Shown here in pieces: positions 27,497 to 43,786 of a stretch of 64,000 nt of DNA. Under the pieces are notes generated by a model. It was not told where the DNA came from, searched no databases, and was given only the letters and a program-made list of their open reading frames with translations. The stretch lies in contig OX597837.1 in assembly GCA_951406725.2 (NCBI GenBank), positions 12,648,001 through 12,712,000 on the forward strand. The letters are read 5' to 3'. The translations under genes were made by a program, and so were the position numbers. Every line of letters begins with the position of its first letter. Position 1 is the first letter of the stretch. Source of the stretch: Octopus vulgaris (taxonomy: Eukaryota).

Positions 27497-28964
27497 TTAA
27501 ATTTTTTCATTCATTTTTGTCTCTCTTGGTTTGACAGACGATCCGGATTCTTCTGAAATTGCCCAATCTTGGATTTCTCCTCTTGCCAATATCACATACA
27601 CTATAGCACCAGCTACACATACAGCAGCACATAAGGCGAACACGATCTGCCATTCTTGTTGTGTACCGTTTGGGGTTAAAGCTTTTGTAGATAAGGAACT
27701 AAAACTTCCAAACAATACGGCAAACGTGTTACCAATTCCAAATATAATACCAGCATAATTTGGAGCAATGTCTCTGTTGTTGACAAGAACACCGCCACTG
27801 GTAAATGATAGAGTTATACCACTTAGAATCAAAAGAATACTTATTAGAATGGTTTGGTCACATCTGAGGAATCCGATGGCAATCAACAGACATGCTGAAA
27901 CAATCAGAGAAACGCTTTGGAATAAAACTCGAACGATACGAGTTGAGAGATATTTCTTTGAAAGTATAAAATCTGCAAATCTTCCACACAACGGTAAAGC
28001 AATGATTTGACCAATGGCAGGGGCAGACGACATTAAACCATTGGCTGTTGTTTTAATGTTTAAGGCTTCTTTCGTATAGAGTGGCAACAACACCTGGAAT
28101 GTTAAATCTGTCCAACTATAAGCAAACCAACCGACGATGATCGCCCAAACTGCAGGTGAGGAAAGCATTTCTTTCCATGGTATTGTTTTAACTAACTTTT
28201 CACTTGTTATAGTTTTCTTTAAATAGGAACATTCTTCATCACTAATACTGGGATGGACGTCTGGGCTGTCATAAACCACATAAAACCACACACAACTAAA
28301 CACCAACGATATTCCACCGAATACATAGAACATAGAACCCCATCCATTATCAAAGCCATAAACACAAAGAAGACCAGATGATGAGAGACCTACAATACTA
28401 CCTAGAATTTGACCTGCAAATGCGGAACCAACCAATAAACCTATCTCCTGTGGAGGGCCCCAACGTCCAAATAATGACTGAATTGCAGGGGGCACTGGCC
28501 CTGATAGTAAACCGGTTAATATTCTTAGAGCAAGTGTAAAATAAGCACTAACTCGAGATAAACTTGGATGAAGAATGGTTAAAATTGATGCTGATAAAAG
28601 CGAAATTCCTAGCACTCTTTTTCCACCATATTTGTCTGCTAAAAGTCCACCCAAAATATTTGTTGCCATATACCCATAGAAGTACCCTGCCAACATGTTG
28701 GCTTGTAACGAAGTCGTTCCACTCGAATTCTCCTTCGTAACTTCGGTCTACAGAATGATCCCCTGAACCGGAACACTGTTTGTTGTCTGTAGTAAAATTA
28801 AATTCCTCATTTATACGATTAGGTGTCTTCAGCATGCAAACAAAGGCCATGCTTAAATCAACTCTTAATGTTTGCATCAGAAGAAAAGCAACTGTACACG
28901 CATAACATAATCTCCATCGACACAAATAATAGCGCTTAATATTAGTGAGAAATTTAGACATCAT
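27497..28964 (-). pseudogene. SLC17 sialin-like copy A3; +1 frameshift (pseudogene or consensus error)
   Basis: GTAACGAAGTCG at ~28712 versus GTAACGAGTCG in the other copies. ORFs 28548-28964 and 27497-28696. Confidence 0.85.
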
Positions 28965-30241
28965 TATGTTCTTTCCACTGACTCTTATAATATTGATATG
29001 TGATGTAATGTTAAATATTTTATCGCAGATTAAAGGACAACTGCTGCAGTTAAAGAATTATGATTTCATTGTTTTGTTCGTTTGTTTAACGTGAGTTCAT
29101 TTTATAAAAGATGTTTGCTTTGTTTGCAAAGTAAATATTTAATTGAATGTGATGGGGTCTTCAGAAACTAGGACGAAGATGCCATTCGTGCTGTCACATT
29201 TCTAAGTGTATTAGTGCAATGTATAATCGATAAACATGGACGTCATTTACCAATCACTATAAAGGTGTCGATAAACGTCAGTAATGATCATTTGGTAACA
29301 TGTTTAGCCCGTACTTTATTTACAAATAGAAAACGTTACGTTAAAGCAAGAACGCAATCAAGAATGAAGGTTACTGTGAAAGTGTTGGGTCGTAACAGCA
29401 AGTTGCGGAGAAAACAGATCCAAGAACTCTTTATACATACAAGAATTAATAGCACCACTTTCAATTCTTTCTCTGTCGTTTGTAAAAATGAAGCCTTATT
29501 CTTACATAAGACGCCGTTGAACGTTATTTGGGATCCTCCTGGTTTCTGAAATCTCTGCGTTAAATTCCATTTGGTTCTTTGATTTCTAAAAGTTCAGTTT
29601 GGTGGAAATAGAGAATGGTAGTAAATTCCCAGAGAACTGTGTTTGCAGAACGGTTCGTATTCTTTGATACGTTTGATTATATTTCATATTCGCTCAGTAT
29701 ATATTTGTGGTGCTGCTTAGAATGTTATTTTCTATTCCAAGTTTAGTGATTCCCTATATTCAAAATGTGGCAGAAACTGAAGATGCAGTTTTAAGAATAA
29801 TTACTTCAGAAACAAATGTTGGTGGAATGAATTGGTAACGTTGGGAAAGAAATTTCGCAGAGTATTTTTATCTCTATTCCTTGTTTTAGACAAGACTCGA
29901 TCGATTCGAATTCCTAGAAATATGTGACCCTGTATCAATGTAAGAAATCAATATTAGATCAATGATATCATCATTAGCTCTCTTTTCGACAGTTATCTAT
30001 TATTGATATTATTGGAAAAAGAATAATGTCTTTTACAATTGTTCTTGCTATATACACCTGTTCATATTATATGAAATATATATATATATATAGTGAATGT
30101 TTCTTTCAGTTTGCGTCTACCAAATTCACTTATAAGATTCAGGTCGGTACAAAATACTTGCCCAAGGTGCCCGCAGTGAGACTGAACCCGGAACCATGTG
30201 GTTGGGAAGCAAGCTTCTTACCACACACCCACTCCTGCGCC

Positions 30242-30309
<68 letters not shown>

Positions 30310-30320
30310 GACAGAGACAG

Positions 30321-30411
<91 letters not shown>

Positions 30412-30593
30412 CGCTTCATATGCATTGAATGCAAATCTATCGAAAGGCAATCAATTTAAAATTGAAGAAGTACTCAACACATTAAAAATAGGTTAAGTTG
30501 TTAATTTTTTAGCTACGATCAATTGTACGATCTACCTCGGATTATTACAGGTCGTCGATCTCATCAGGTTGCGTGCTTGAGGGTAAATATATG

Positions 30594-30659
<66 letters not shown>

Positions 30660-30837
30660 CATATATACATCTACTATTTCTTGTAGCGTGTAAAAACTGC
30701 TTGCTGGCGGTGGTTTTCTCTTATGTTTAAATGTAAACTATTTTATATTGAGAATATGTTGTCTATTGACATTTTAAACTTGCTAGGCGACTGTAGTGAA
30801 ATTTCTGAAAAGAAAACTCACTAGCCTATAGTTTACG

Positions 30838-30890
<53 letters not shown>

Positions 30891-31270
30891 TTATATAAAT
30901 TTATGAATATATAGCTGTAAGGAGCAGTTTATTTGTATTATTTTTTTTTTAATTTTTATTTTACGTATTGATGTATATTATTTTGTTCGAAATTCGTGTT
31001 CCCATTTGTATAATTAATAAATGATGTGAAATTGTAATATCCGTAAGTTGATGATCGAAATGAATTTGTTCCTCCATTTTCTTATTTGTATTATGAATTT
31101 ACGGTAAAATATTTTTACCTTCACCAATTCAATAAAATAAATGAATTAATTGCATTGCATTACAATTATAAGCATTTATGTATTTAGTATTTGGGTACTT
31201 CACCAGCAGTATATTGGATAACTGATATCCCATAGTGGGTTACTTTCATAACCCCTATCTTACTTTGTAC

Positions 31271-31321
<51 letters not shown>

Positions 31322-31396
31322 TTATATAAATTTATGAACATGTATATATACTTATATAAATTTATGAATATATATATATATACTTATATAAATTTA

Positions 31397-31484
<88 letters not shown>

Positions 31485-32038
31485 TTATATAAATTTATGA
31501 ACATATATATATACTTATATAAATTTATGAATATATATATATACTTATATAAATTTATGAATATATATGTATGTATTTAGGTTTGAATGTATGTAGCAAT
31601 ATAATCGCCTGAAACAAATATTCATTGAAAAATTGTATAACCAAAAGATTTTTACGCTTAATCAAAAGTAATGTACATACCGTGTGATGGACGTGTTCAT
31701 ATGAAAGTTGTACTAACCACTAAATTGTTGGGGTCTCTTCTACAACGACTATTCATATATTTTTAGCGTGTAGTAATATGTATACGCCCACCCACATACA
31801 CACCCATATACACACACACATATAAGCACATACACACATGCACGCATATGTATGTGTAAATAAGTTTACACCCATAAGTCAACAGATATCTAGAGATTGT
31901 TGGTATAGAAAACACTCTGTAGTGAACTTAGACCCGATGTCTTGACGAGGGACTAATTCTTCGGGGTAACTTTGTGGCAATAAGTGGAATCAAGGAATCA
32001 AAGTGATGCATGGATACATAGATTGAGATTCGTATACA

Positions 32039-32086
<48 letters not shown>

Positions 32087-32087
<1 letters not shown>

Positions 32088-32403
32088 TTTTTTTTCTTCT
32101 TTCAAATTTGCTTCCATTTCTTGCCGAGTCTCTTCCCGACTCCTAGGGCAAAGAAACTCATAGTAAGCCATTAAACCAAACTCAATAGTTCGTTCATTTT
32201 TTTTTTTTCAAGTTAAATTAAAATACATGAGCAGCAACAGTTCTCACATCGACAATGCTCTTCTCAATACGTGTGATGTATCAGTTAAGACAATCTTTTG
32301 CACTTCTCGCAAGGATGGTAAGCCAGGGATCATTCTCATATAATTTTCGGTTCCCTTCTTGATCATTCCTAGTGCTCCTACGATCACTGGTATTGTAACC
32401 GCC
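32087..32403 (-). mobile_element. R4/Dong 3' fragment in (TAA)n (array copy)
   Basis: Collinear with 13595-13909. Confidence 0.7.
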
Positions 32404-32418
32404 ATTATTATTATTACT

Positions 32419-32525
<107 letters not shown>

Positions 32526-32540
32526 CATTATTATTATTAA

Positions 32541-32586
<46 letters not shown>

Positions 32587-32603
32587 ATTATTATTATTAT
32601 TAT

Positions 32604-33142
32604 TGAGTGAGCGAGTAGAGCATGCCATCAAAGTGACACTGGGGTAAAATATACGAAGCCCAGTATACCCATCATGACTACCCGTCTGATAAAGGTACAC
32701 CAGGCACATGCATCACAACCATATGTGCGCGGCATGGTGATCTCATATCAAGATAAACAGCACATGACTTTGCAGGTGGAGCCCAGTTAAATTTTCTTCA
32801 GATCGAGTAACCCATCCTGCTCAAATGGTCCCTGAATAAGGGTTGTTTAAGGACGTTGAACGAAATACCCATGTTTCCAGAGGTGAATTATTCAAACCCC
32901 AAAGAATCCTTCTCAACACATGGCTATAATGCTCCCCCACTACTTCTGCTCGTGATCAGAGATGCACATATCGTCAGCCACTAAGAGACATGCTCAACTG
33001 GTTAAGGTCAAACAACTGACAAGCAAATCTGTGGTATTGAGCAGAATATTTGCTGTAGCCCATCTTTTATACCAAGACAAAACAATGTACATGATAACAC
33101 TTCCAGTCATTTAAGATCAGAAGCCATGAGAGCCACTGCCTG
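32604..33142 (-). mobile_element. ~540-bp (TAA)n-tailed repeat (array copy)
   Basis: Collinear with 14018-14556. Confidence 0.65.
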
Positions 33143-33162
33143 ATATATATATATATATATGT

Positions 33163-33224
<62 letters not shown>

Positions 33225-33230
33225 GTGTAC

Positions 33231-33313
<83 letters not shown>

Positions 33314-33550
33314 CTAGTATTATTATTATTATTATTATGTATGTAAATATGGGAATGTAATTTTTCTTACCTGAAGCCTTCCTTTTAAATTAGGGCTCCC
33401 TCCCATGATAGGTATGCATCGTCATGGCCGTGTATAAGAATCCTTTTTGATACGTTCTTTGACAAGTTTCTATCGTGATATATAAACGCGCATAAGGACA
33501 ATAGGGTGGGTGGTGAGACAAACAGACAGACTGGCAGACAGATAGGTAAG

Positions 33551-33589
<39 letters not shown>

Positions 33590-33590
33590 T

Positions 33591-33671
<81 letters not shown>

Positions 33672-33672
33672 G

Positions 33673-33726
<54 letters not shown>

Positions 33727-34945
33727 CAGGCAGAGAGACACATACATACATACATACATACATACATACATACATACATACATACATACATACATGCATA
33801 CATACATACATACATAATCAGCTGCTCAACGCAAACATCCAGACAGATGTGTGATACAAAAAAGCTCTTCTCAGAAATAGAGGAAAGTCCAAGAGAAAGA
33901 AAGACGGAGGAAGAAATATATATATAAAAGAGAAATTATAGAAGGCAATCAAGGCAATCAATGTAAATTCCAAAGCAGAATTTAAAACATACACCCTTGG
34001 ATTTTTGTCTCAATGTTTATCACCTCTACATGGGGTATCTGAACCCAACGTACAACATGCATAGTTTTGAAACATAACTTTTACATGTAGCTTTATTCAC
34101 TTATTTATACAGAGATCAAAGAGGAAAAGGATCCCATCAACTTTAAACGGAGTCTAGATAGATTCCTTCAAGGAATACCAGATAAGCCACCCATAACTGG
34201 ATACAACTCACCCAACAAAAACTCACTACTTGAATGGACCATAAACAAAACTTGACTTAAACAGGATTCAGATAATCCAATCAGGTGGTGCTATTAAGTT
34301 AGACATGGCCTGGACCAATCTTTGGTTGAAACATATCTAAGTTTATCTAAGTTTATATCAATTTATATGTATATTTATTTATTTTGTTGTGTGCTTTAAA
34401 CTTTGTTTTCGAATTTGTATTGACTACCTAGCTGTGTTCCTTCTATAATTTCTCTTGTCCTTCGATTTAGCTCTCAATGGGTACCTCTTAATACAGCCAG
34501 TACATTGTGAAGTATACTTAAAATCATCACGCTTTCTCTGTTAGGCTGTTTATTTTTATTTTTACGTAGATTTCAAATTGCCAAAACCTAGGGGTTTCTA
34601 TAGTATTTTTCTTCTTTTTTATAAACTAAATTAATTATTCAGTAACGTTGCTCGTGATTCAATGAATGGACGTCGAAACTTAAATTTGGTTTCACGTTTC
34701 TTTTTGTTAGTATTTTTAACGGCTAAAATTTTTTTCAGATGTTCAGTTAAAATTTCACCAATATGGATTATCTAGAAAATGTTGTGTTGACATAAATTTT
34801 CCTACGTATTATAATTAATTTTAATAATATTGTCTGTGTGTACATGTGTGTGCGCATATGTGTGCGCGTGTGGATATATATGTATGTATGTATATATTAA
34901 TGCAATTGAGACAACTTGGATTTTAAAGGTGTCATCTAAAATAAA

Positions 34946-35475
34946 GATCAATAAGTATCAGGAATGTTGACATAGTAACGACGCTAAAGCACGCAGAGTA
35001 AAGCCACTTGGCAGAAGTTGACCGTGAACTTTGCTGTGAATGTGCACTAAGTTCTAATGTTCTAGCTTGTCTCTGCTGTTTACAGCAGTGCTTGGAAGGA
35101 AGGTGTGTAGCGTGTGATCGTCGTATTGACCATGGCAGAGAAAGTTGTCATGGGGATACCTGCTCAGAGGCCTATGCAAAGTTGCAGAAAGTATATGGAG
35201 AGGAGTGTATAAGCCGCACACAAATATAAGAGTGGCTCAAACGTTTCCAAGATGGTCGAAAAAGATGTCAATGGTGACGAACGTTCTGGGAGAACCGTAA
35301 CCAGCAGAACTGAGAAAACATCTCAGGTGTTCAGTGAAGGTTTAGCTATGAGACGCGAGTCTGCCAAGTTTGTTCAAAAACTGCTTTTAGCTGACCAAAA
35401 AGACACTCGGGTTTCAGTTGCATAAGATCTCTTTCATTGTGTCGAGAACGAGGAAAAGTTTATGATAAATTTGCG
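34946..35475 (+). mobile_element. Mariner 5' remnant (array copy)
   Basis: Collinear with 16342-16872. Confidence 0.8.
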
Positions 35476-35566
35476 GAATTTATGTATGTGTGTATACACC
35501 TAATATTTGTAATATATAAGCGTGTGTGTGCGTGTGTGTGTGTTTTTGTGTGTGTGTGTTTGTATG

Positions 35567-35618
<52 letters not shown>

Positions 35619-35636
35619 TGTGTGTGTGTTTGTATG

Positions 35637-35671
<35 letters not shown>

Positions 35672-36048
35672 CTGTGTTGTTTATGTATCTGTGTCTGCTC
35701 AATCTGTAAACCCCTCAAGTGACGGAAGGAGAATGAATTGCAGGAGTAGGTCGAAGAAGCGCAGCAACAACCGAAAAAGTGCCGAACTGAGAAACGTATG
35801 GCCTGAGATACAGAAACCGATGTAGGATCGACGACATGACACTAGTGTGATATTTACAAATGGCTTTATTTACCAAAATAATTATTACATATTAACACAT
35901 ATATTGACATATTGGTAAAATTAAATTATTGGTGATTACAAAATATCGTTTATCATTGAATGATTCACTGCTGAAGATAATATTTTGAAATGGTTAGTAC
36001 AATTCTTAAATTTGTTGTATATAAATTTACGTTCACTCTTCTTGAAGG

Positions 36049-37515
36049 TTAAATTTTTTCATTCATTTTTGTCTCTTTTGGTTTGGCAGACGATCCGGAT
36101 TCTTCTGAAATTGCCCAATCTTGGATTTCTCCTCTTGCCAATATCACATATAATATCGCACCAGCTACACATACAGCAGCACATAAGGCGAACACGATCT
36201 GCCATTCTTGTTGTGTACCGTTTGGGGTTAAAGCTTTTGTAGATAAGGAACTAAAACTTCCAAACAATACGGCAAACGTGTTACCAATTCCAAATATAAT
36301 ACCAGCATAATTTGGAGCAATGTCTCTGTTGTTGACAAGAACACCGCCACTGGTAAATGATAGAGTTATACCACTTAGAATCAAAAGAATACTTATTAGA
36401 ATGGTTTGGTCACATCTGAGGAATCCGATGGCAATCAACAGACATGCTGAAGCAATCAGAGAAACGCTTTGGAATAAAACTCGAACGATACGAGTTGAGA
36501 GATATTTCTTTGAAAGTATAAAATCTGCAAATCTTCCACACAACGGTAAAGCAATGATTTGACCAATGGCAGGGGCAGAAGACATTAAACCATTGGCTGT
36601 TGTTTTAATGTTTAAGGCTTCTTTCGTATAGAGTGGTAACAACACCTGGAATGTTAAATCTGTCCAACAATAAGCAATGAAACCGACGATGATGGCCCAA
36701 ACTGCAGGTGAGGAAAGCATTTCTTTCCATGGTATTGCTTTAACTAACTTTTCACTTGTTATAGTTTTCTTTAAATAGGAACATTCTTCATCACTAATAC
36801 TGGGATGGACGTCTGGGACTGTCATAAACCACATAAAACCACACACAACTAAACACCAACGATATTCCACCGAATACATAGAATATAGAACCCCATCCAT
36901 TATCAAAGCCATAAACACAAAGAAGACCAGATGATGAAAGACCTACAATACTACCTAGAATTTGACCTGCAAATGCGGACCCAACCAATAAACCTATCTC
37001 CTGTGGAGGGCCCCAACGTCCAAATAATGACTGAATTGCAGGGGGCACTGGCCCTGATAGTAAACCGGTTAATATTCTTAGAGCAAGTGTAAAATAAGCA
37101 CTAACTCGAGATAAACTTGGATGAAGAATGGTTAAAATTGATGCTGATAAAAGCGAAATTCCTAGACTCTTTTTCCACCATATTTGTCTGCTAAAAGTCC
37201 ACCCAAAATATTTGTTGCCATATACCCATAGAAGTACCCTGCCAACATGTTGGCTTGTAACGAGTCGTTCCACTCGAATTCTCCTTCGTAACTTCGGTCT
37301 ACAGAATGATCCCCTGAACCGGAACACTGTTTGTTGTCTGTAGTAAAATTAAATTCCTCATTTATACGATTAGGTGTTTTCAGCATGCAAACAAAGGCCA
37401 TGCTTAAATCAACTCTTAATGTTTGCATCAGAAGAAAAGCAACTGTACACGCATAACATAATCTCCATCGACACAAATAATAGCGCTTAATATTAGTGAG
37501 AAATTTAGACATCAT
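36049..37515 (-). pseudogene. SLC17 sialin-like copy A4; -1 and +1 frameshifts (pseudogene or consensus error)
   Basis: One base missing at ~37165 (CCTAGACTC), giving an immediate TAG. One extra base at ~36818 (TGGGACTG). Total length 1467 nt, the same as A1. Confidence 0.85.
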
Positions 37516-38625
37516 TATGTTCTTTCCACTGACTCTTATAATATTGATATGTGATGTAATGTTAAATATTTTATCGCAGATTAAAGGACAACTGCTGCAG
37601 TTAAAGAATTATTATTTCATTGTTTTGTTCGTTTGTTTAACGTGAGTTCATTTTATAAAAGATGTTTGTTTTGTTTACAAAGTAAATATTTAATTGAATG
37701 TGATGGGGTCTTCAGAAATTAGGACGAAGATGTCATTCGAGCTGTCACATTTCTAAGTGTATTATTACAATGTATAATCGATAAACATGGACGTCATTTA
37801 CCAATCACTATAAAGGTGTCGATAAACGTCAGTAATGATCATTTGGTAACATGTTTAGCCTGTACTTTATTTACAAATAGAAAACGTTACGTTAAAGCAA
37901 GAACGCAATCAAGAATGAAGGTTACTGTCAAAGTGTTGGGTCGTAACAGCAAATTGCGGAGAAAACAGATCCAAGAACTCTTTATACATACAAGAATTAA
38001 TAGCACCACTTTCAATTCTTTCTCTGTCGTTTGTAAAAATGAAGCCTTATTCTTACATAAGACGCCGTTGAACGTTATTTGGGATCCTCCTGGTTTCTGA
38101 AATCTCTGCGTTCCATTCCATTTGGTTCTTTGATTTCTAAAAGTTCAGTTTCGTGGCAATAGAGAATGGTAGTAAATTCCCAGAGAACTGTGTTTGCAGA
38201 ACGGTTCGTATTCTTTGATACGTTTGATTATATTTCATATTCGCTCAGTATATATTTGTGGTGCTGCTTAGAATGTTATTTTCTATTCCAAGTTTAGTGA
38301 TTCCCTATATTCAAAATGTGGCAGAAACTGAAGATGCAGTTTTAAGAATAATTACTTCAGAAACAAATGTTGGTGGAATGAATTGGTAACGTTGGGAAAG
38401 AAAGTTCGCAGAGTATTTTTATCTCTATTCCTTGTTTTAGACAACACTCGATCGATTCCGAATTCCTAGAAATATGTGACCCTGTATCAATGTACGAAAT
38501 CAATATTAGATCAATGATATCATCGTTAGCTCTCTTTTCGACATTTATCTATTATTGATATTATTGGGAAAAGAATAATGTCTTTTACAATTGTTCTTGC
38601 TATATACACCTGTTCATATTATATG

Positions 38626-38684
<59 letters not shown>

Positions 38685-38844
38685 ATGTTTCTTTCAGTTT
38701 GCGTCTACCAAATTCACTTATAAGATTCTGGTCGGTACAAAATACTTGCCCAAGGTGCCCGCAGTGAGACTGAACCCGGAACCATGTGGTTGGGAAGCAA
38801 GCTTCTTACCACACACCCACTCCTGCGCCTACATATATATATAT

Positions 38845-38879
<35 letters not shown>

Positions 38880-38906
38880 GACAGAGACAGAGATAGAGAG
38901 ATAGAG

Positions 38907-39005
<99 letters not shown>

Positions 39006-39184
39006 CGCTGCATATGCATTGAATGCAAATCTATCGAAAGGCAATCAATTTAAAATTGAAGAAGTACTCAACACATTAAAAATAGGTTAAGTTGTTAATT
39101 TTTAGCGACGATCAATTGTACGATCTACCTCGGATTTTTACAGGTCGTCGACCTCATCAGGTTGCTTGCGTGATTTTAAATATA

Positions 39185-39240
<56 letters not shown>

Positions 39241-39417
39241 CATATATACATCTACTATTTCTTGTAGCGTGTAAAAACTGCTTGCTGGCGGTGGTTTTCT
39301 CTTGTGTTTAAATGTAAACTATTTTATATTGAGAATATGTTGTCTATTGACATTTTAAACTTGCTAGGCGACTGTAGTGAAATTTCTGAAAAGAAAACTC
39401 ACCAGCCTATAGTTTAC

Positions 39418-39459
<42 letters not shown>

Positions 39460-39838
39460 TATATATATATATTTATGAATATATAGCTGTAAGGAGCAGT
39501 TTATTTGTATTATTTTTATTTTTATTTTTATTTTACGTATTGATGTATATTATTTTGTTCGAAATTCGTGTTCCCATTTGTATAATTAATAAATGATGTG
39601 AAATTGTAATATCCGTAAGTTGATGATCGAAATGAATTTGTTCCTCCATTTTCTTATTTGTATTATGAATTTACGGTAAAATATTTTTTACCTTCACCCA
39701 TTCAATAAAATAAATGAATTAATTGCATTGCAATTATAAGCATTTATGTATTTAGTATTTGGGTACTTCACCAGCAGTATATTGGATAAATGATATCCCA
39801 TAGTGGGTTACTTTCATAACCCCTATCTTACTTTGTAC

Positions 39839-39881
<43 letters not shown>

Positions 39882-40793
39882 GATAATATATAAATTTATG
39901 AATATATATATATATATTATTATATAAATTTATGAACATTGCTAAATATATATATCGGTATATAAATTTATGACATATATATATACTTCCTTTTTGTACA
40001 AATATATAAATTTATGAATATGTATATATATTTTACTTATATAATATTATATGATTATATAATATTTTTCATTATATATAATTCTTATATAATGCCTCAT
40101 TTATACCTGCCTTTATGGCTTATATATATATATATACTTATATAAATTTATGTAATTTTTACTTATATCTCTTTATCTTTTTATATATATATATACTTAT
40201 ATATTGCCTTTACTCCTATTGGTGTATGAATATATATGTATGTATTTAGTATGTTTGAATATATATATATAATATAATCTTATATAAATTTATGAATATA
40301 TATATATATACCTGAAACAAATATTCATTGAAAAATTGTATAACCATAAAGATTTTTATATATATAATCAAAAGTAATGTACATACCGTGTGATGGACGT
40401 TCATATGATATATTGTATAACCACTAAACTGTTGTATTTAGGTTTGCCTCTTCTACAACGACTATTCATATATTTTTAGCGTGTAGTATATAGTTGTATA
40501 AACTGTTGGTCTCTTCCAACGACTATTCATATATTTTAGCGTTAGTCATACACACCCATATACACACACACATATAAGCACATACACACATGCACGCATA
40601 TGTATGTGTAAATAAGTTTACACCCATAAGTCAACAGATGATGTCTAGAAATTGTTGGTATAGAAAACACTCTGTAGTGAAGTTAGACCCGATGTCTTGA
40701 CGAGGGACTAATTCTTCGGGGTAACTCTGTGGCAATAAGTGGAATCAAAGAATCAAAGTGATGCATGGATACATAGATTGAGATTCGTATACA

Positions 40794-40854
<61 letters not shown>

Positions 40855-40856
40855 CA

Positions 40857-41255
40857 TTTTTTTTTTATTCTTTCAAATTTGCTTCCATTTCTTGCCGAGT
40901 CTCTTCCCGACTCCTAGGGCAAAGAAACTCATAGTATTCATTGGTAGGCATTTAAACCAACTCAATAGTTCGTTTATTTTTTTTTTTAAGTTAAATTAAA
41001 ATACATGAGCAGCAACAGTTCTCACATCGACAATGCTCTTCTCAATACGTGTGATGTACCAGTTAAGACAATCTTTTGCACTTCTTGCAGGGATGGTAAG
41101 CCAGGGATCATTCTCATATAATTTTCGGTTCCCTTCTTGATCATTCCTAGTGCTCCTACGATCACTGGTATTGTAACCGCCTTGAGATGCCACATTTTCT
41201 CAATTTCAATGAGTAGGTCTTTATATTTTCTGAGCTTGTCAAACTCTTTCGCTGT
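40857..41255 (-). mobile_element. R4/Dong 3' fragment in (TAA)n, longest copy
   Basis: Encodes TAKEFDKLRKYKDLLIEIEKMWHLKAVTIPVIVGALGMIKK...LTGTSHVLRRALSM*, typical of the C-terminus after the RLE endonuclease. Confidence 0.75.
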
Positions 41256-41271
41256 ATTATTATTATTATTA

Positions 41272-41464
<193 letters not shown>

Positions 41465-41689
41465 GTATATATGGAATGTAATTTTTCTTACCTGAAGCCT
41501 TCCTTTTCAATTAGGGCTCCCATGATAGGTATGCATCGTCATGGCCGTGTATAAGAATCCTTTTTGATACATTCTTTGACAAGTTTCTATCGTGATATAT
41601 AAACGCACATAAGGACAATAGGGTGGGTGGTGAGACAAACAGACAGACTGGCAGACAGATAGGTAAGTATATAGATAGATAGATAGATT

Positions 41690-41773
<84 letters not shown>

Positions 41774-41776
41774 TAC

Positions 41777-41977
<201 letters not shown>

Positions 41978-42395
41978 CATACATACATACATACATACAT
42001 ACATACATACATACATACATACATACATACATACATACATACATACATACATACATACATACATACATACGTACATACATACATAATCAGCTGCTCAGCG
42101 CAAACATCCAGACTTGCTCCAATCTGGCCTTTCCGAAGGAAAAACTAAGCTAAGAGCATTAGATTCCTTGGAAGAAAGCAACGAATATTTACGAAAACAG
42201 GAGATATATAAATATATATATAAGAGAGATTAAATTATATATATAAGAGAGATTAAATTATATATACAAGAGAGATTAAATTATATATACAAGAGAGATT
42301 AAATTATATATACAAGAGAGATTAAAGAATAAATGAAAAAGCAAAAGGTTTGAAAAGGACATTTAATTTATATAAAGAATATAAACATGCAGAGT

Positions 42396-42483
42396 CTCTT
42401 ACAGCTGTTTCTAGAATAGTCAAACATGTGGCTCATCATATTGATTGAGTGTTCCATAAGCTGAGTATTCCGGCATCAGAGAG
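42396..42483 (-). ncRNA. Minimal hammerhead-like motif with variant core CUGAUGC
   Basis: CTCT-CTGATGC-CGGAATA...TATTCTA-GAAAC-AGCT-GTA-AGAG. Stem I is CTCT/AGAG, with palindromic loop AGCT. Confidence 0.45.
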
Positions 42484-43350
42484 GTAGGAGTGAGGGGAAT
42501 GTAAAAATGAGCGAATCTCACCAGTCGACGATATTTGTATATTCCAGTTTATCAAAAAGTTGGTGAAGGATCAGAACAAATTATGTTTGCATTCGGTTGT
42601 CCCATGATCAAATAAATAATACACTTATAGATAATGCCAATTAGCAATTTCCAATGAGAATGTTCGATGATAATCCATGTCAGGGAATTGTGGAAGTTAA
42701 ACAGTTCCTGTTTGGGAGAAGTATTTTTCTCCACATTGTAAAGCTTTCACTAAAATACAGGCATTGAACTTTAATGTTATAAAAATATATTTATGTACAT
42801 ATATGATACAAGTTATAAATAATGGTCGTTAAATATTTTTTCTTTTTTGTAGTAAATTTGAGTAACAGTTGTTTCCAGTAATCATTGTAGGTTCATTGTT
42901 GATGGGTTTATTCAATCCGTCTATTGATCCGTTGAGAAAAATTCAACGACCTAAAAAATTAATGCTTCTTTCGTGAGAGTCATTTCTGTTTATATATGCA
43001 TATAAACACAAACACGCATCAATACACACACACTAACAATCAAACACAAACACTAACAAACAAACACACACACACAAGCATACACTTATGCTTCGGCACA
43101 GACTCTCACTCTTACTTGTTTCCAAATTCAGAAGATCAACACGCAATCCATATCTTCATATTTTTTTCTGAAACCAATTTTAGATTTTAAGTTTTAATTC
43201 AGCTTGAAAAGGCGTTTTTTTTTTTCTTGTCACGATGTAATTGGTTTATTCGTCAATTAATAAATAACATATCAGGCAGCTGAAGTGAACATAACCGGCT
43301 TGTGTTATTTCTTTTATGTATATATATGTGTATATATATATGTGTGTGTT

Positions 43351-43383
<33 letters not shown>

Positions 43384-43466
43384 ATAGATTGAGTTGAATA
43401 CGGTACTTAAGTTAAAGGCACCAGAATTTAGTATGGTATTATCCATATATTTCAAAATGGGGAGAT

Positions 43467-43667
43467 TATAATCAAAATAAGCAACAAGGATATCCAGAGG
43501 TAATGCAGTACGATCGTTTCATGCGACTTTATTTAATTGAACAACGCAAATATTACATCAATTTAAAATGTAGTGCAATCAAACTGATGTAATATATGCA
43601 TTGTTCAATTAAATGGAGTCGCATGAAACGATCGTACTGCATGACCTTGTTGCTTATTTTGATTATA
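43467..43667. repeat. Inverted repeat (~85-95-bp arms) 120-320 bp downstream of the B stop
   Basis: ATGCAGTACGATCGTTTCATGCGACT pairs with AGTCGCATGAAACGATCGTACTGCAT, and TATAATCAAAATAAGCAACAAGG with CCTTGTTGCTTATTTTGATTATA. Confidence 0.9.
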
Positions 43668-43675
43668 TATATATA

Positions 43676-43708
<33 letters not shown>

Positions 43709-43786
43709 CCCATGAAAATATCTCGAATATCATCAATTAACCCGGGAATAATATATTTTATATATTAACGAATTAAACAACAAATT

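Noticed and set aside
36818-37165. Compensating -1/+1 frameshifts in A4 as an alternative-frame or recoding mechanism
   Set aside because: The -1 frame hits TAG immediately, no slippery site is evident, and a consensus artefact is the simpler explanation.
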